61,806 nucleotides of DNA, filler included, from Choristocarpus tenellus KU-1152 (GCA_964200185.2; 12 parts of 12 records of this genome joined end to end with filler, not necessarily neighbours in it), one strand, 5' to 3'; positions 25,841-39,184 are shown, counted from the whole stretch's first letter. The notes: generated by a model from the letters alone, not told the origin. A program made the numbers and translations.

Positions 25841-27542
25841 CTGGCCGAAGTATACGTGAAAATGTGAAAATATCTCCATACTTGTAGACCACTTGAAGAG
25901 TAAATCCCTTGTTTATCAAATGGAAGCCATTGGGTGTTATAGGTGGTTGCCATTACATGGGTGAGCAATGGGACAGGAATGGTTTAAGGGATGTTGCATG
26001 TATTGTGCTTGGAGTATAGAGGGGAAAATTAGAACAAGAGCTGTAACAAGAAGGTATCAGGAGTGGTGGACTCATCGTTCAGAAATACCACCAATATCTT
26101 TCAAACCCTAGGAGAGAGGGATTGTCAACCAATAATGTGGTTATTCCAGTTACTATGGCTTCCTCCTTGTACATACGAGTAACAGACGACTCTCAATTCC
26201 ATACACGTATGCATAGATCTCTATGTGTGGACATTAGGCTGATACATTTTAGGGATTGAAACTAGTCGTCTTTTTACCTGACTGTGGTTTCTCTTCTCCT
26301 GTATAAGGAATGACCCATAATCGCGGTAACTCTTAGGATTTGCTCTAATTGGTGAGAAGTACCGTGGTGCCTCCGCAGAATTGATGCAATGAATTCGCCT
26401 CAAGAAGCTACAAACACGCCAAGTTCCCAACGAGTGGAGAAGCGTAAGGTGTAGGTTTTGCACGTATTCATGACATATGTTGGGTCGGTGACTCTCTCAC
26501 CTGCCCTCTAGAGCTGTTCTCAGATTCCGCGTGGGCTGCTGGATTGAGCACAGTGGTTCCGAGAGGCTCAAGGTTAGATGGTCGAGCAGCACTGTTTAAA
26601 CCACCTAACTCCCTTTGATGTTTTATTTGTTCATCAACAGATTCTCTTCCCTCATACTGTTGCGTCCCAACAGTGTGACTGATATAGGGCAGATAGCCCA
26701 TTCGACTTGGAACCCCCGTACGTGTTGGTATTAAAGTTCTGTCGTCTCGAAAGACGACAAACGTGAAATGGGAGGAAGAAGAGCGAAGGTTGCAAAAGCT
26801 GAAGTTTGTCTGTATAGTGAAGTGCTTGTATGAGGGGATTAAAATCACACTGAAGCGTCAGAGCTCAAATGGCCTTAAACTTGCGCATTCGAGTATTCGA
26901 CTGACCATCTACACTGTGGAACCAAGGCTGCACACCATGAGTGCTAAACTGGAGTGTTGTGAGAGATTAAGGCGATCAAGAAAATTGATAGATAAGGAGG
27001 ACTAATAACCATTTCGATTTCTTGCCTTAGTGCGGACAAACGGGACAAACGGGATCGACTGCATGCACATGGTGACGGTTTCACAGGGAGGGTAGGAAGA
27101 TGTATCCACGGCACTTAAAAAGTGGATTGTACTTGGACACATGACAGTAAAACGAAGATCGCTTGCAGGATCATGCCATATACCTTTCCCGTAAGCGAAC
27201 CACACAGCGTCTATCAAGTTTCTCGTTGGAAGGTGCGAGATCGCAACATGGTGCTCTCTTCATCCTCTCCTGTGTAGAATGGTTTTGTGGTCCTAGAAGT
27301 AATGACTACTATTATAATAGGTGGTAATGCGTATGCGTATGTGTAAGGTCATTGCTCCAAAAAATATCACCTTTACGTTATGAGACACATTATGGCGGTA
27401 TGTAAAAATGAGAAACGTACACTTGTCAAATAATAAAACAAAATACTCTCGTGTAGTACAATCTTATTTTTATTATTATGCTCTCTTGACATTTTGGAGA
27501 TAGATGTGTCAGGCAGGGGGGGGGAAACTGATGAAAACTGTG

Positions 27543-27737
27543 GGAAGTTTTGGGCGCCTCGGCAAGCAAGCGGAATGCTTCCTACTCACATACATGGTAG
27601 GAGGGAGAGGAACGGGAGGATACGGTCGGAAAAGGAGTAGTTAAATCCAGGCTACGCCAAATTGTTTCGGTGACTACGCAAGTGGCATTGTCTTGACGTG
27701 TCATGCGCTTCAAACTAGAGTCACCAGGGAGATGGGC
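27543..27737 (+). mobile_element. Second CRE-type non-LTR 3' fragment
   Basis: GSFGRLGKQAECF / MVGGRGTGGYGRKGVVKSRLRQIVSVTTQVALS*RVMRFKL; homologous to 9970-10175 on the opposite strand. Confidence 0.7.
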
Positions 27738-29088
27738 NNNNNNNNNNNNNNNNNNNNNNNNNNNNNNNNNNNNNNNNNNNNTTAATTAATTAANNNNNNN
27801 NNNNNNNNNNNNNNNNNNNNNNNNNNNNNNNNNNNNNGACGCCCCCTCACAAACCACCCCCCCTCCCAAGATACTTTGACCCACTTAAGCATCATTCTGT
27901 TGCATCAGGGAGTAGATCTTCTCATTGGAATAGGGTGTGTAGGAGGAAGGCTTAGCTCTATGTAACAGACGTATATCAGCATCAGTGTTGATAATCACAG
28001 GTCGAGTAGTGACTCAAAGTATACGAGAGGTACTCAAGAGTTGCATTTTAGGGATGCCTGCAAATATATGCAAAATTCGACTTTTCTTACAAATGCATGT
28101 ATCAAATCTTCCGAATCACATTAAAAACTTTCAAACAATAGAGAAATCAGTGCTCTCATGTCAAACGTAGACCTTCATCCATAGAAATATGGGTGAATTG
28201 AAAAACATCGAAAAACTTGCTTGATTTAATGCAAAACGACAATAAAAACTGTATATATATATATATATATATACCTCTCATTTTCTTTGGCTCAGTACCT
28301 GCCAAGCCCCTCTGTTGATCATATAATTGTCAATCAACAGTAAAGGAAACCTCAGGTGTGCTAAAGTCATGGCATTAAATAAGTGCTTATGCTTCTTGAG
28401 CGGAAATACCTTCAAATTAATAAAATTACTACAAAATACTAGGTACTAGTAGTATTGCTACTGTGTGTTGGACAATATTCCTATTGCACAAGAAAGTGCA
28501 TTGAGAAGGGACCAGTCGGCATTGCAGCTGTGAGGGATGAGATAGGGATGGATTTTACGAGGACAGAAGGGCACCAGCTATTTCTCATATTTGCATTCGA
28601 TCTGTAACTCCACTTAAATATTTCAATGCATTTTGTTGGGAAAACATACCAATTTTGAGACATGGTATGGAGGGAACTAGAATAGTCTCAACCAAATGCT
28701 CCAGACTTTACGAAAATATCAGAGTATTCTGCACTTTACAGGCAAGTCCATGTGCAAAACGTTGGCATTAGAACAAGAATAAAGAGCGCTGCCCAATGGT
28801 GCGTTGAGGTACACGTCGTCAATGACAGGATCTCATATCTTTATACCTCATCACTCTAGATATCCTTTATGGAAATTTTCTCACCAATACCCACACAACA
28901 GCACTTGACTATCTAACAACTTTCCATTTTTGCTCTTCATTTAAGGAACTGTGTACTCTTGTACCTCTCTCAATCACTGCATCTAAACAATATATTCATG
29001 TGATCGTTTCAAGGGTATGATGATTAGTGACAATGGGAATCACCAACAGGACAAACTCAATGCAAAGACAACTGTTCTTTTATCTCAC

Positions 29089-32000
29089 CTCTCCAATATT
29101 GTCCGGATCATACCTCTGGAAGACTTTGTGAATGTGAACACCTTCGCTTTTTAACAGTGCCATCTGGTGCCCTACCTTGTCCTCTGCCTGAAGAATGTAT
29201 GGTAGGTAAATTAGAAGCAGATCCTTGTGTTTCTACAACTCACAAGCATTCTGAAGGTGCAACAGTGCAGTACAATGAATCACTCATAGGGTGCAGCTCT
29301 ATTCACTCTGACTCTTTCATTTCCTCAAGCTCAAAATATTCGGGGGGGTGGTGATGGCCGTCCAATCAGGGCCCACGTTTCCATGTCGCGACTTTTGTGT
29401 GATTTGGTTGCATGCGTCGGATGGATAATGTAAGTTCACTCCTCCTTGTCAGAGCCTGAATGGACACCCTGGTGTAGAACCCTCTCCCCCCCCCAGATAC
29501 TTTGAGCCCACAAGATGAGCACCTTCAGCATTTCATTGTTCAGAAAAGGTCTCAATCATGACTTTAGCTACATCCAGAACGGCACTAAGCACTATAAAGC
29601 TTCATTGCATTGGTGATGGGTCAGAATACCACCAAATATGTTTTACCCTTTTAGTATTCCTACATATCGCAGTAGAATATGGTTACTTCACATACATTCA
29701 GACCAGTGCTAAGCTAAGTATGAAAAACTGCAGGTATCTCACATGTTTGTTCATCGGGCACAACCATGCCCTTATCAATTACGTAGACTGAAATCCCACA
29801 CATCCTCTCCAATCCAAAAAAAAACATCCACACAAACAAGAAGGAGTTGTAACAATCTCACCTGCATGAGATCTACCCCACTGGCTAACCAGTAGCAGAA
29901 CGCCTCTCTGTCAATTCGTCCCCGTCCCTCAGGATCAAGTCGTTCTGATATTATTTTGACATCTGCTGAGGAGACCCCAACACCAACTTTCTCAAGCTGC
30001 AAAATGAAAAATGAATGAGGGTGCTGAGTTCAATTGAGTGGAATTGATAGCGATTATGGTGCTAGGGATGAGGGATACTAAGGCTGAGCTAAGCTTGGTA
30101 TGCAGGGGGCTTGATTCAGCACTTTCCCCATTATCCTCTACAAAGAAATTGCTCTTGTTGCAGTCAAACCCTGTAGTATTTTCTCTCCCTGGAAGAGTCA
30201 AAATGCATTATCCAATAGCCTCGACCTCTGACGGATTTCTACAGTGCACGTTCCTTGATATAGACATAGTTTGCAGTATTGTGTTCCCTCCCACAACCTC
30301 ATTCTTGCTCTATGTGGTCTTACCGCCTTCTCGATGTCAGCTATCTTGGTCAAACCTGTGCGCTTTGTGTCAAGCCTGTCCAGAGCCTTCAAAAGAGCTC
30401 CAAGACATGCCTCTCCACGAAACTTCCTAGTCAATTCCTTAACCATGCGCAAATGGATTTTTTCTGACTATGTGTTTGTCAAGTCAGAATCATTTAGGAA
30501 ATAAGGGAGGGAGGGAGTAGGGTATTTAAGGAGTGAGGAAGGTCAGCGCCACTAGTCCATGAGTAGGCAGGCTGGTTGGGGTACGAAAAATGGTAAATGT
30601 TTCTCCTTATGTTAATCAGACTTGTATCAATACAGGTATCCATTTCTTCTTCCAACCTGAGGTACCAGGTTGTTCATTTCTTCTTCAGACAAGCACGGAT
30701 GTAAGGAGTTTCTATGGCGTTTCAAATTCACAAAGAATAAATACACTATTGCACAAAAGATCAGTTTTAAAAATATATCCAAGCACAAAAAATCACAACA
30801 AGCTGCAACTTGTCAGCTTCAATTGCATTACCTCTACTCAGAAAGAAAGAAAAATACCTCCACAACCACTGCAAGCTGACTAGCAAAGCTCCAGGGATAT
30901 TTTTTCCCCTACAATGGATGATCATATTAGATATGGCTGTGGTCCAGCCCAAAAAAGATGGGTTTGATGCTATCTTATCCCTCCACTTCTGTGCATCATC
31001 GTTTGTATTGATTCAAGTCTATCTTGTATGGACCCTGGGATGGGAAGACGCATCCATTCTATGCATTCTCTGCAATTACTTGAATAGGTAGAGTCAGACA
31101 CAATAGAAAATAAAGGTGATGACTGGTAACTGAAGCAGGAGTTTGGAAAAGGTGATCAAAGAAGGTAGTGGGGGAGCAGGTGGGCTGTCATGCAACAATC
31201 GTACTTTCCCTTCTCTCCAAACAAATTTGGAAGGGCAAAAAGGAACCTTACCTATGCCCAATGGTAAGAACCCTGGAGCTGATACATCTTCTCCTAGGCA
31301 TAGAAGAGGCTTACAAATGAGACATGTCTAGAACTTGTCACTAACCTCAGCCCCTATACTCTCAACCCCCTGTCCTGTTCAACTTTGCTTTTCTCTTGTC
31401 CAGTCAGAGTTCTGCCATAGGGAACTTTCGATATATTCCTGTCTTGAAGTCTCATAACAACCTCCAGCTCCAATGAGGGGTCAGATAAGGCCTACCATTC
31501 AACCAAGGCAGGAATGGCAGTGGCTTTCTTACAATATCCTTCGCTTTGAACTTACATCTTGTGGCTCTGTCTGGCAAAGGGAAGCATCAATGAGTTTGTC
31601 CAGGCCAATTGATCCAACAATGTCTGTGTCCAAGTACGCAAGGAGGCTATCAATGTAGCCATCCTCAAGCTTTATCCTCAATTTGTGCAGCAACCTGAGG
31701 AACAGGTAAATTAGGGACACAAATGGATTAGACTTCATAGTACTAATTACCTCACTGCTTGGTGGGGGGTGAATGAACCAACATGTTGTGCTGGGAAGTT
31801 ATTGCCTTTGCTTAGGGCAACAATGAGAGAACTCCATACTGCTGCATTGTACCGGTGATATGAGATCTCTACACTATCGAAGGATTAGTGCTGAATCTTC
31901 TAATATGACTTATGTGACAGGTCATGAGTGTGACCTGACCGATTGAGCACATTATTCAAAGCATCTCGGCTTCTCCCTCTCACCTTTTAAGGCTGGCACA

Positions 32001-35000
32001 ATCAAGCTCACTCCCCTCTTGCCCGACATTGAGACTCTGGAAGGCTTGACGAAGGCTGCCGTCAAGTGCTGGCCCTTCCAGTTTGCCCAGTGCCCTAATG
32101 ATTGCCTTGTTGATTATACTATTGCCACCAACCAAGGCGGCATAAGAATCATTTTGTGGTCTTTGGCCATCACTGTCTGCTCCTCCAGATGTCCGTCCTC
32201 CATCACTGTCACTCCCACTGAAGAGGTCACTGCTGCTGGAGTTGTCACTATCATCATCCACTCCCCTCCTCTTTCCTCTTGCTGCCTCACCATTCCTGGT
32301 CCTGGAGTTTCGTCTAACCTCGTCTCCTTGACGATTTTGACGTTTGCCATCAGTACTCTTCCCGTGAGGATCCTTTCTCCTACTAGCATCACTACTAACT
32401 CTGCTCACCCTCCCACGACTTCGCATGCCATTGTCCCCATCACTGCTATGTTCGTCTGTTGTGGTATCAGCTGGGGGTTGCCTGCGTGTCTTTGAGCGCC
32501 CTCTTATATTCCAGTGTCCCCCCTGCCGAGAGGAACTCCCTGATTCCTCAGACTCAGTTTGTGGTCTTTCTTCGACCCCACTGCCCCTATGATGATGGAT
32601 CCCAGCCCTCCCATCATCCTCAACCAAAGCCATGAGAGTTTTAACTTTCACACCTCCCATACCATTTCCACATTTATCTTCTAGTATCTGGGTTTCAGTA
32701 GACGTCAGGTTGACGCCAAGTTGCCTGAAAACCTTTGTCAGGGTTCCTTCCCCTACTGACAAGGGACGCTTGCCTCGAGAATCTCTCCCTTCATACCTCT
32801 CAAGACGTTTCTTCAAGTCTTCCACTCCTCTCTCGTGCCTTCTGAGCGCATTTTTCACTCGCTTTGCTATCATGACTGCAATGGTGGCTGCATCTAAGTC
32901 AATATCGTCAGCACTATTCCATCCAGCCTTGCTCTTCCCGTCACTCATATGTCCCCTTAACCCACTCCTGCGCTCGTCCAGTCCTCCCCTCCTCTCCTTA
33001 TCACTATCTGTGCTACGGGAGCTGGATCGTTGGTCATATCGTTTCTCCTTGCGAACTCCCCTCTTGTCTGCTTTTTCCCTAGTCTTGTGATAGTCTCTGT
33101 CTTGAGGTTGAGTCTGATCTTGATACTTGTTAAGTTTCTGATACCTCTCCCAACCTTTACGTTTATCTCCTTCAAGCTCCCCACTAGTAGCCATCTTGGT
33201 GTTTAAATTTTCCAGCTGGCGTACAAGGTGAGTTTCCACTCTCTTCTCTTCGTCTCCATCATCATACCTTATGTCTAATGTACCATCAGCATTTTCCCGA
33301 GTCACTTTGCCCCTGAACCACTTGGATTTGCCACGGAAACGGGCTTCAACTTTTTCCCCAGCACGACGCCCTTTCTTTTTGTCCTCTGAGTCAGAGGTGC
33401 TGCCAGGGTGACCTCCTATACCTCTCGCCTCACCTGTTGAGTTGGGATAGCGGATCAGCCGAGGCCTGACCCTGTCCTCTCTGTCATCATTGGAACATTT
33501 CACGTCATAGGTTCCATCCCTGTGTGTTGCAATTACTCTGCCCAACAACCATTTAGACTTACCATGCAACTGAGCCTCAACATCATCACCAACCATGTAA
33601 CGTTTTGAGGATATATCGGAGTTGCTTGGGATTTGGCCCTCTCTTACGCCAGAGGCCAATGAATCTCTACTGTTAGTGTTCCCACGATCTCTCCCGCCAC
33701 CACTGGTGTCCAGACTACCTACTTTATGTATCAGCTTCTTTTTCACAGCTGTCTCCTCATCCCCATCTTCATATCGTAAATGGAAGGTGCCATCAAGATT
33801 GTTTCTTTTCACTCTGGCCTTGAACCAATGTGAGCGTCCCCTGAACCGAGCTTCAACCTTGTCCCCCTCCTGATACTCTTCTAATGAAGAAGTGTCAGTG
33901 GCTTTGGAGTCAAGACTATGGATAAGGTTGGACTCCACCCCGTATTCCTCATCACCATCCTCATAGCGTATATCATAAGTACCATCAGGGTTAGCACGCC
34001 GCACGAGACCCTTGAACCACTTGCTCCTACCACGGTATCGTGCCTCAATATTTTCTCCCACCTCCAAGTCATTGACCGTGTGATTGCCACAAGCGCGCAC
34101 TTGCTCATCATCAGAGTCCGAAACCATGTCTCGCACAGTGCTCCTATTTTCGCTTCTTTCCCTCCCCACCTTGCGGATGAAATTTTTTGCCACCCTTCTC
34201 TCCTCATCACCATCCTCATATCGAAGGAAATATGTACCATCTCTGTTCTTTCGTTGTATGGTGGCCCTGAACCAGTGAGACCGACCCCCCAACCTCCCCT
34301 CCACCTTGTCCCCCTCCTTGTACTCAATTCCACTATCAGAGGTCAGCAATTCCATGCTGGCTACACCCTTCTTTCGTATCAATCTTGCCTCAACGCCAAG
34401 CTCAGTGTCTCCATCTGAGTAATGGATGTCAAAGGTTCCATTCCTGTTTACACCTCGAACAACACCTGGGTACCACTTTCCCCCACCTTTGTACCTGGCC
34501 TCCACTTCATCACCAATGTCAAGCTTCTTGCCCAGGGTATCTGTGTCAGAGTTTGCATCTGAGACCACCCTGCGTGCAGGACTCTTGCTACCACCTCTCT
34601 CCACCTTCATCCTCCGAATGAGCTCCTTTTCTACTGTCCTCTCCTCATCACCATCTGTGTAGCGAAGGTAGTATGTTCCATCTCGATTCTTCCGTTGGAC
34701 CGTTGCCTTGAACCAGCGTGAGCGACCCCCAAATCGAGCTTCAACCTTCTCTCCCTCTCTGTAGTCTTCCCCACCATCAGAAGTGAGGGAATCCATGCTG
34801 GAGCCACCCTTGTTTCGGACCAAGCTCGACTCAACATCCCTTTCAGTGTCTCCATCGGCATAGCGAATGTCATAAGTATTATCTCTGTTGACCCCACGTA
34901 TAACTCCGGGATACCACTTCCTCCCACCCTTGTATCTGGCTTCTATCTCATCCCCAACAACATGCTTCTTCCTTCTCGTAGTTTCAATATCAGAACCCTT

Positions 35001-35240
35001 CCTGTCCCTCACCTGGTGCTGATCAGCCTTGCTCCCGTCTCCACCTTTTCCCAACCTACGGATGAGATCCTTCTCTACCACCCTCTCCTCATCCCCATCT
35101 GCATAGCGAAGGTAGTATGTGCCATCTCGATTCTTATGCTGGACAGTTGCCTTGAACCAGCGTGAGCGTCCCCCAAAGCGTGCCTCTACCTTCTCTCCCT
35201 CTCTGTAGTCTCCCCCACCATCAGATGTGAGGGAATCCAT
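29089..35240 (-). CDS. Large partial protein with >=9 tandem Tudor (Agenet/LBR-type) domains, an R/S/D-rich disordered region and C-terminal EF-hand-like motifs; exons >35240-31984, 31694-31556, 30467-30324, 29996-29862, 29187-29089
   Basis: The 1086-aa ORF has nine copies of G.KVEAR(F/Y).G..W(F/Y)...V...N.DGT(Y/F)...Y.DGD.E..V...I. In-phase downstream exons encode LDTDIVGSIGLDKL, LDTKRTGLTKIADI, LDPEGRGRIDREAF and VFQRYDPDNIGE. Confidence 0.9.
29328..29508 (-). mobile_element. MITE family 1 copy (intronic)
   Basis: AGCTCAAAATATTCGGGG ... CCCCAGATACTTTGAGCC. Confidence 0.8.
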
Positions 35241-35340
35241 NNNNNNNNNNNNNNNNNNNNNNNNNNNNNNNNNNNNNNNNNNNNTTAATTAATTAANNNN
35301 NNNNNNNNNNNNNNNNNNNNNNNNNNNNNNNNNNNNNNNN

Positions 35341-37613
35341 AAGAAGGTCTGAAGCCTCACACGACCCCCTTTGCTGAACGTGGAAAGAATGGATGGAATT
35401 AGAAGAGTGACCTTTGTGGGTTGTCTTTATTATTATTTGTGCCCCATACATAAGTCCATGGTTACGTCAAAGTAGTTGAGTGCAGAATAAAAACCCATAC
35501 ATATTCATAATTCGGATGTACTATCTCATTAGTTACATCTCTCCTAAACAAAATAAGGTACACCTCACTATTGTCCTATTTTGCACACTCCCCCATGAGA
35601 GTGGAAGTAAAAAAAATGGTTCAACTCTCACACACACATCACATTTATCCTGTCAATGCAGGAAAAGAACGCAGATTGCTTCAACTCTAACACACGGCAT
35701 TCATCTAGTTAACACAGTGTCTACACAGTCTTCTACCTGCTTCCTACGTAACCTTTTGGTCAAGATGTCTGCAAGTTGTAGTATTGTGGGTATATACTTT
35801 ACTCTAAAAAATCCTTGTTTGGACGGGTCTCGTCCCTAGTGGCAGACTCTCTCCCTCATGGAAGGTTCCTTTGCTTCGTTGGCCCTCCATTTCTTGCTCC
35901 ATTGCCTCTTTCCAGTGTTCTGCATCAGGCCCCGCGAGGGCTTCTGCGATGGTTGATGGCTCCTGGTGGCCTATCGAGATGTCACCTGCCATGCCCATTA
36001 AGCTGTAGGCATCATCCATACTTGTTCTGAGCAGATTGACTACATGCTCTCCCAGTTCCTGGGTATCACCAGAGTGTAAACCCCTGTAGTCCACCCTGGG
36101 TTGTTCAGCTATCCTGGTTGACCTCCGTTGTCCACTAGGTGAACTTGTCGAGTTCTTCCTTACGGCTGTTGCTTGTGGTATCGGATCGGCTGCAATACCA
36201 ACATCCCGATCAGTGTTGTCTTCAGTATCGGAAATCTCTTCATCATCCGTCAAAGTCATGGTCTCTCTCTCCCACACGAAGTCCATGATGTGTTTGTCTG
36301 GCTCGAACGTCACTTGGACTGAGGTTACCAACTTGGCCTCTTGAGGAAGCCAGATGTACCAACACAGTGATGTATGGTCGTGCCCCATGATTATACCCCG
36401 CTTGGCGTATGGGTGAAACTTTGAACCGGCTCCCCTCTGCTGCTTGTCCTGGTGAACATAGCACTCACTCCCCCAGGTCCGAAGCCTATCATAGTTGAAA
36501 GATTTACCTGTTAGGCGCTCGCATGGCGTCTCTTCTCCGAGGTATTCATGTGGCCTTCCTCCAGTTTTGAAGGCGACGTCCGTGATGGCAAAGAACCAGT
36601 ACTCGTCACCCAGCCCATCCTTTGGCAGTTGATTTCTTGTTGCCCCCATGAGTTACTTTATCGCCCTTTCGGCGATCCCGTTGCTCTGTGGTGTTCTCGG
36701 TGGAGATTTCCTCCATCGGGTACCGTTGCTCGTAGCATCCTTCGGAACTTCACCGATCTCCCAAGCTCGCCAGCACCATCCCCACTCATGCATTGGACTT
36801 GTGTACCTTCGCTGGCCATCTGGTCGATATAGGCAGCGGTTGCATCCGTTGCTGCATTTTTGTCTTTCAATCCATAAACCGTCTTGTCTCTGCTGCTCTC
36901 ATCGACAAACACCTGGAAATATATATGACCAGTGATGTCTGCTTGAAAAGGTCCCGCCAAATCCGTTTGGACAACCTCGCCGAGCTGCTGGGGGGTCCTG
37001 CTACCCCGTTGATAGCTTAAGGCCTCGGATTTGCATTCCTTGCATGTCTTGCACCGCAGTTCTAACGCCACAGTAACGTTGATGATCTCCAAAAGTCCAC
37101 GTTTCTCGAGATGCTTGATTGCTGATGGGTTGATGTGGACCAATGTTGTGCCACTCTCTCAATGTCAGCCTCTGCTTTTGGTTGACTCGTACGGCGCTGG
37201 CTCTTGATTCTTGTTCTGTGGTGATTATGGTTCCAGTAAAATTTAAGAACCCCCCCGACTTTTGTAGTTTATCTTGGGCGAATTCTTGGAGATCTTCAAA
37301 TAACTTTCTTTCGTTCCTGAGTCCATAAATCCTCCTCCATTCCGTCATAACTTCCACTACTCAATATGCGGCATGGCAAACCTGGCACCCATAGAACATC
37401 CTTCAGAACCACTCTTGTTGGTTTGCCTTCCTTGTCCGTCACCATCAGAACCATATCCCTGGTTTCCTTCGCTTCCAATTTCCCATTGTTTCCGAAGGAG
37501 CATGTGTGTTTGGTGCTCCGAGTGCTTGTGAGATCTTCACCATCATCAGGTGTAAGATGTACGTTTGCTCTGGAGTCACACAATATCTCGACTTGTCTTC
37601 CACTGGAGGAGTT
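35341..37613 (-). mobile_element. Ty1/copia element, frameshifted and RT-deleted: protease, GAG-pre-integrase, integrase, start of RT, end of RNase H, PPT and partial 3' LTR (35341-35587)
   Basis: Protease ILCDSRANVHLT; WHN...HIN...CKTCKECK; integrase VQTDLAGP...FVDESS...SGDGAGEL; LRTWGSECYVH; EPSTIAEALAGPDAEHWKEAM; QLADILTK; PPT GGGGGAG before TGTGCAA. Confidence 0.92.
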
Positions 37614-38968
37614 TGTCCAAAATAAGACAATAGTGAGGTGTACCTTATTTTGTGTATGAGAGATGTAACTAATGAGATAGTACATCCGGACTATGAATGG
37701 GAATATGTGTGGGTTTTTATTCTGCATTCAACTACTTTGACATAACCATGGAACCATGTATGAGGCACAAATAATGAGAAACAAGCAATGAGAAGACACC
37801 CAACAAAGGTGACTCTTCTAATTCCATACATTCTTTCCATCCACGTTCAGCAAAGGGGGTCGTGTGAGGCTTCACACCTTCTTGTCTTCACTACTGATAA
37901 ATAGCATTACCTCCCAACAAGGTAAATTGCACAGGTTATGAGCCTTGGCAGTATGGAGACCAACCTGAAGAAACTTGCTGTCTGGATGGGGGCCACAGGA
38001 AGGTCATTGGAGATCTGGTCCACTTGGAGACTGTCATTGATAAGCCACGCTGATGGAAAGGGTTTTACGAGATCACGATGAGGGACTACAAGATTCCTAT
38101 ATTTATGCTGATATTGCAGCCGATCCGATACCACAAGCAACAGCCGCAAGGAAGAACTCGACAAGTTCACCTAGTGGACAACAGAGGTCAACCAGGATAG
38201 CTGAACAACCCAGGGTGGACTACAGGGGTTTACACTCTGGTGATACCCAGGAACTGGGAGAGCATGTAGTCAATCTGCTCAGAACAAGTATGGATGATGC
38301 CTACAGCTTAATGGGCATGGCAGGTGACGTCTCGATAGGCCACCAGGAGCCATCAACCATCGCAGAAGCCCTCGCGGGGCCTGATGCAGAACACTGGAAA
38401 GAGGCAATGGAGCAAGAAATGGAGGGCCAACGAAGCAAAGGAACCTTCCATGAGGGAGAGAGTCTGCCACTAGGGACGAGACCCGTCCAAACAAGGATTT
38501 TTTAGAGTAAAGTATATACCCACAATACTACAACTTGCAGACATCTTGACCAAAAGGTTACGTAGGAAGCAGGTAGAAGACTGTGTAGACACTGTGTTAA
38601 CTAGATGAATGCCGTGTGTTAGAGTTGAAGCAATCTGCGTTCTTTTCCTGCATTGACAGGATAAATGTGATGTGTGTGTGAGAGTTGAACCATTTTTTTT
38701 ACTTCCACTCTCATGGGGGAGTGTGCAAAATAGGACAATAGTGAGGTGTACCTTATTTTGTTTAGGAGAGATGTAACTAATGAGATAGTACATCCGAATT
38801 ATGAATATGTATGGGTTTTTATTCTGCACTCAACTACTTTGACGTAACCATGGACTTATGTATGGGGCACAAATAATAATAAAGACAACCCACAAAGGTC
38901 ACTCTTCTAATTCCATCCATTCTTTCCACGTTCAGCAAAGGGGGTCGTGTGAGGCTTCAGACCTTCTT
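37614..38968 (+). mobile_element. Miniature non-autonomous copia derivative (~1.4 kb): 5' LTR 37614-37933, PBS 37934-37944, gag start, linker/RT start, RNase H end, PPT 38713-38721, 3' LTR from 38722
   Basis: LTR runs TGTCCAA...TTGCACA and is followed by GGTTATGAGCC. The gag-like start METNLKKLAVW is fused near 38110 to sequence nearly identical to the minus-strand element. Confidence 0.88.
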
Positions 38969-39068
38969 NNNNNNNNNNNNNNNNNNNNNNNNNNNNNNNN
39001 NNNNNNNNNNNNTTAATTAATTAANNNNNNNNNNNNNNNNNNNNNNNNNNNNNNNNNNNNNNNNNNNN

Positions 39069-39184
39069 GAACAAGGATATTGACACTTCCTAACGAACAC
39101 GATAGGCAAAATTACAACAAAATCGCAACATTGGATTTTGGCCCCCAATTGGACGCGGCTCTACCCTCTAAGATACTTTGGCTC
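39069..39184 (-). mobile_element. Partial MITE family 2 copy
   Basis: Ends CTCTACCCTCTAAGATACTTTGGCTC. Confidence 0.85.

Noticed and set aside
27525-27545. CTGATGA hammerhead-like cores (also near 12394 and 40721)
   Set aside because: No flanking stems and no correctly placed GAAA to complete a hammerhead fold.
32019-35165. Overlapping plus-strand and alternative-frame ORFs
   Set aside because: They are shadows of the Tudor-repeat exon.
35480-35839. Identical 119-aa ORFs at 35480-35839 (+) and 38470-38829 (-)
   Set aside because: They are antisense frames across the LTR and RNase H tail of the inverted repeat, not a gene.
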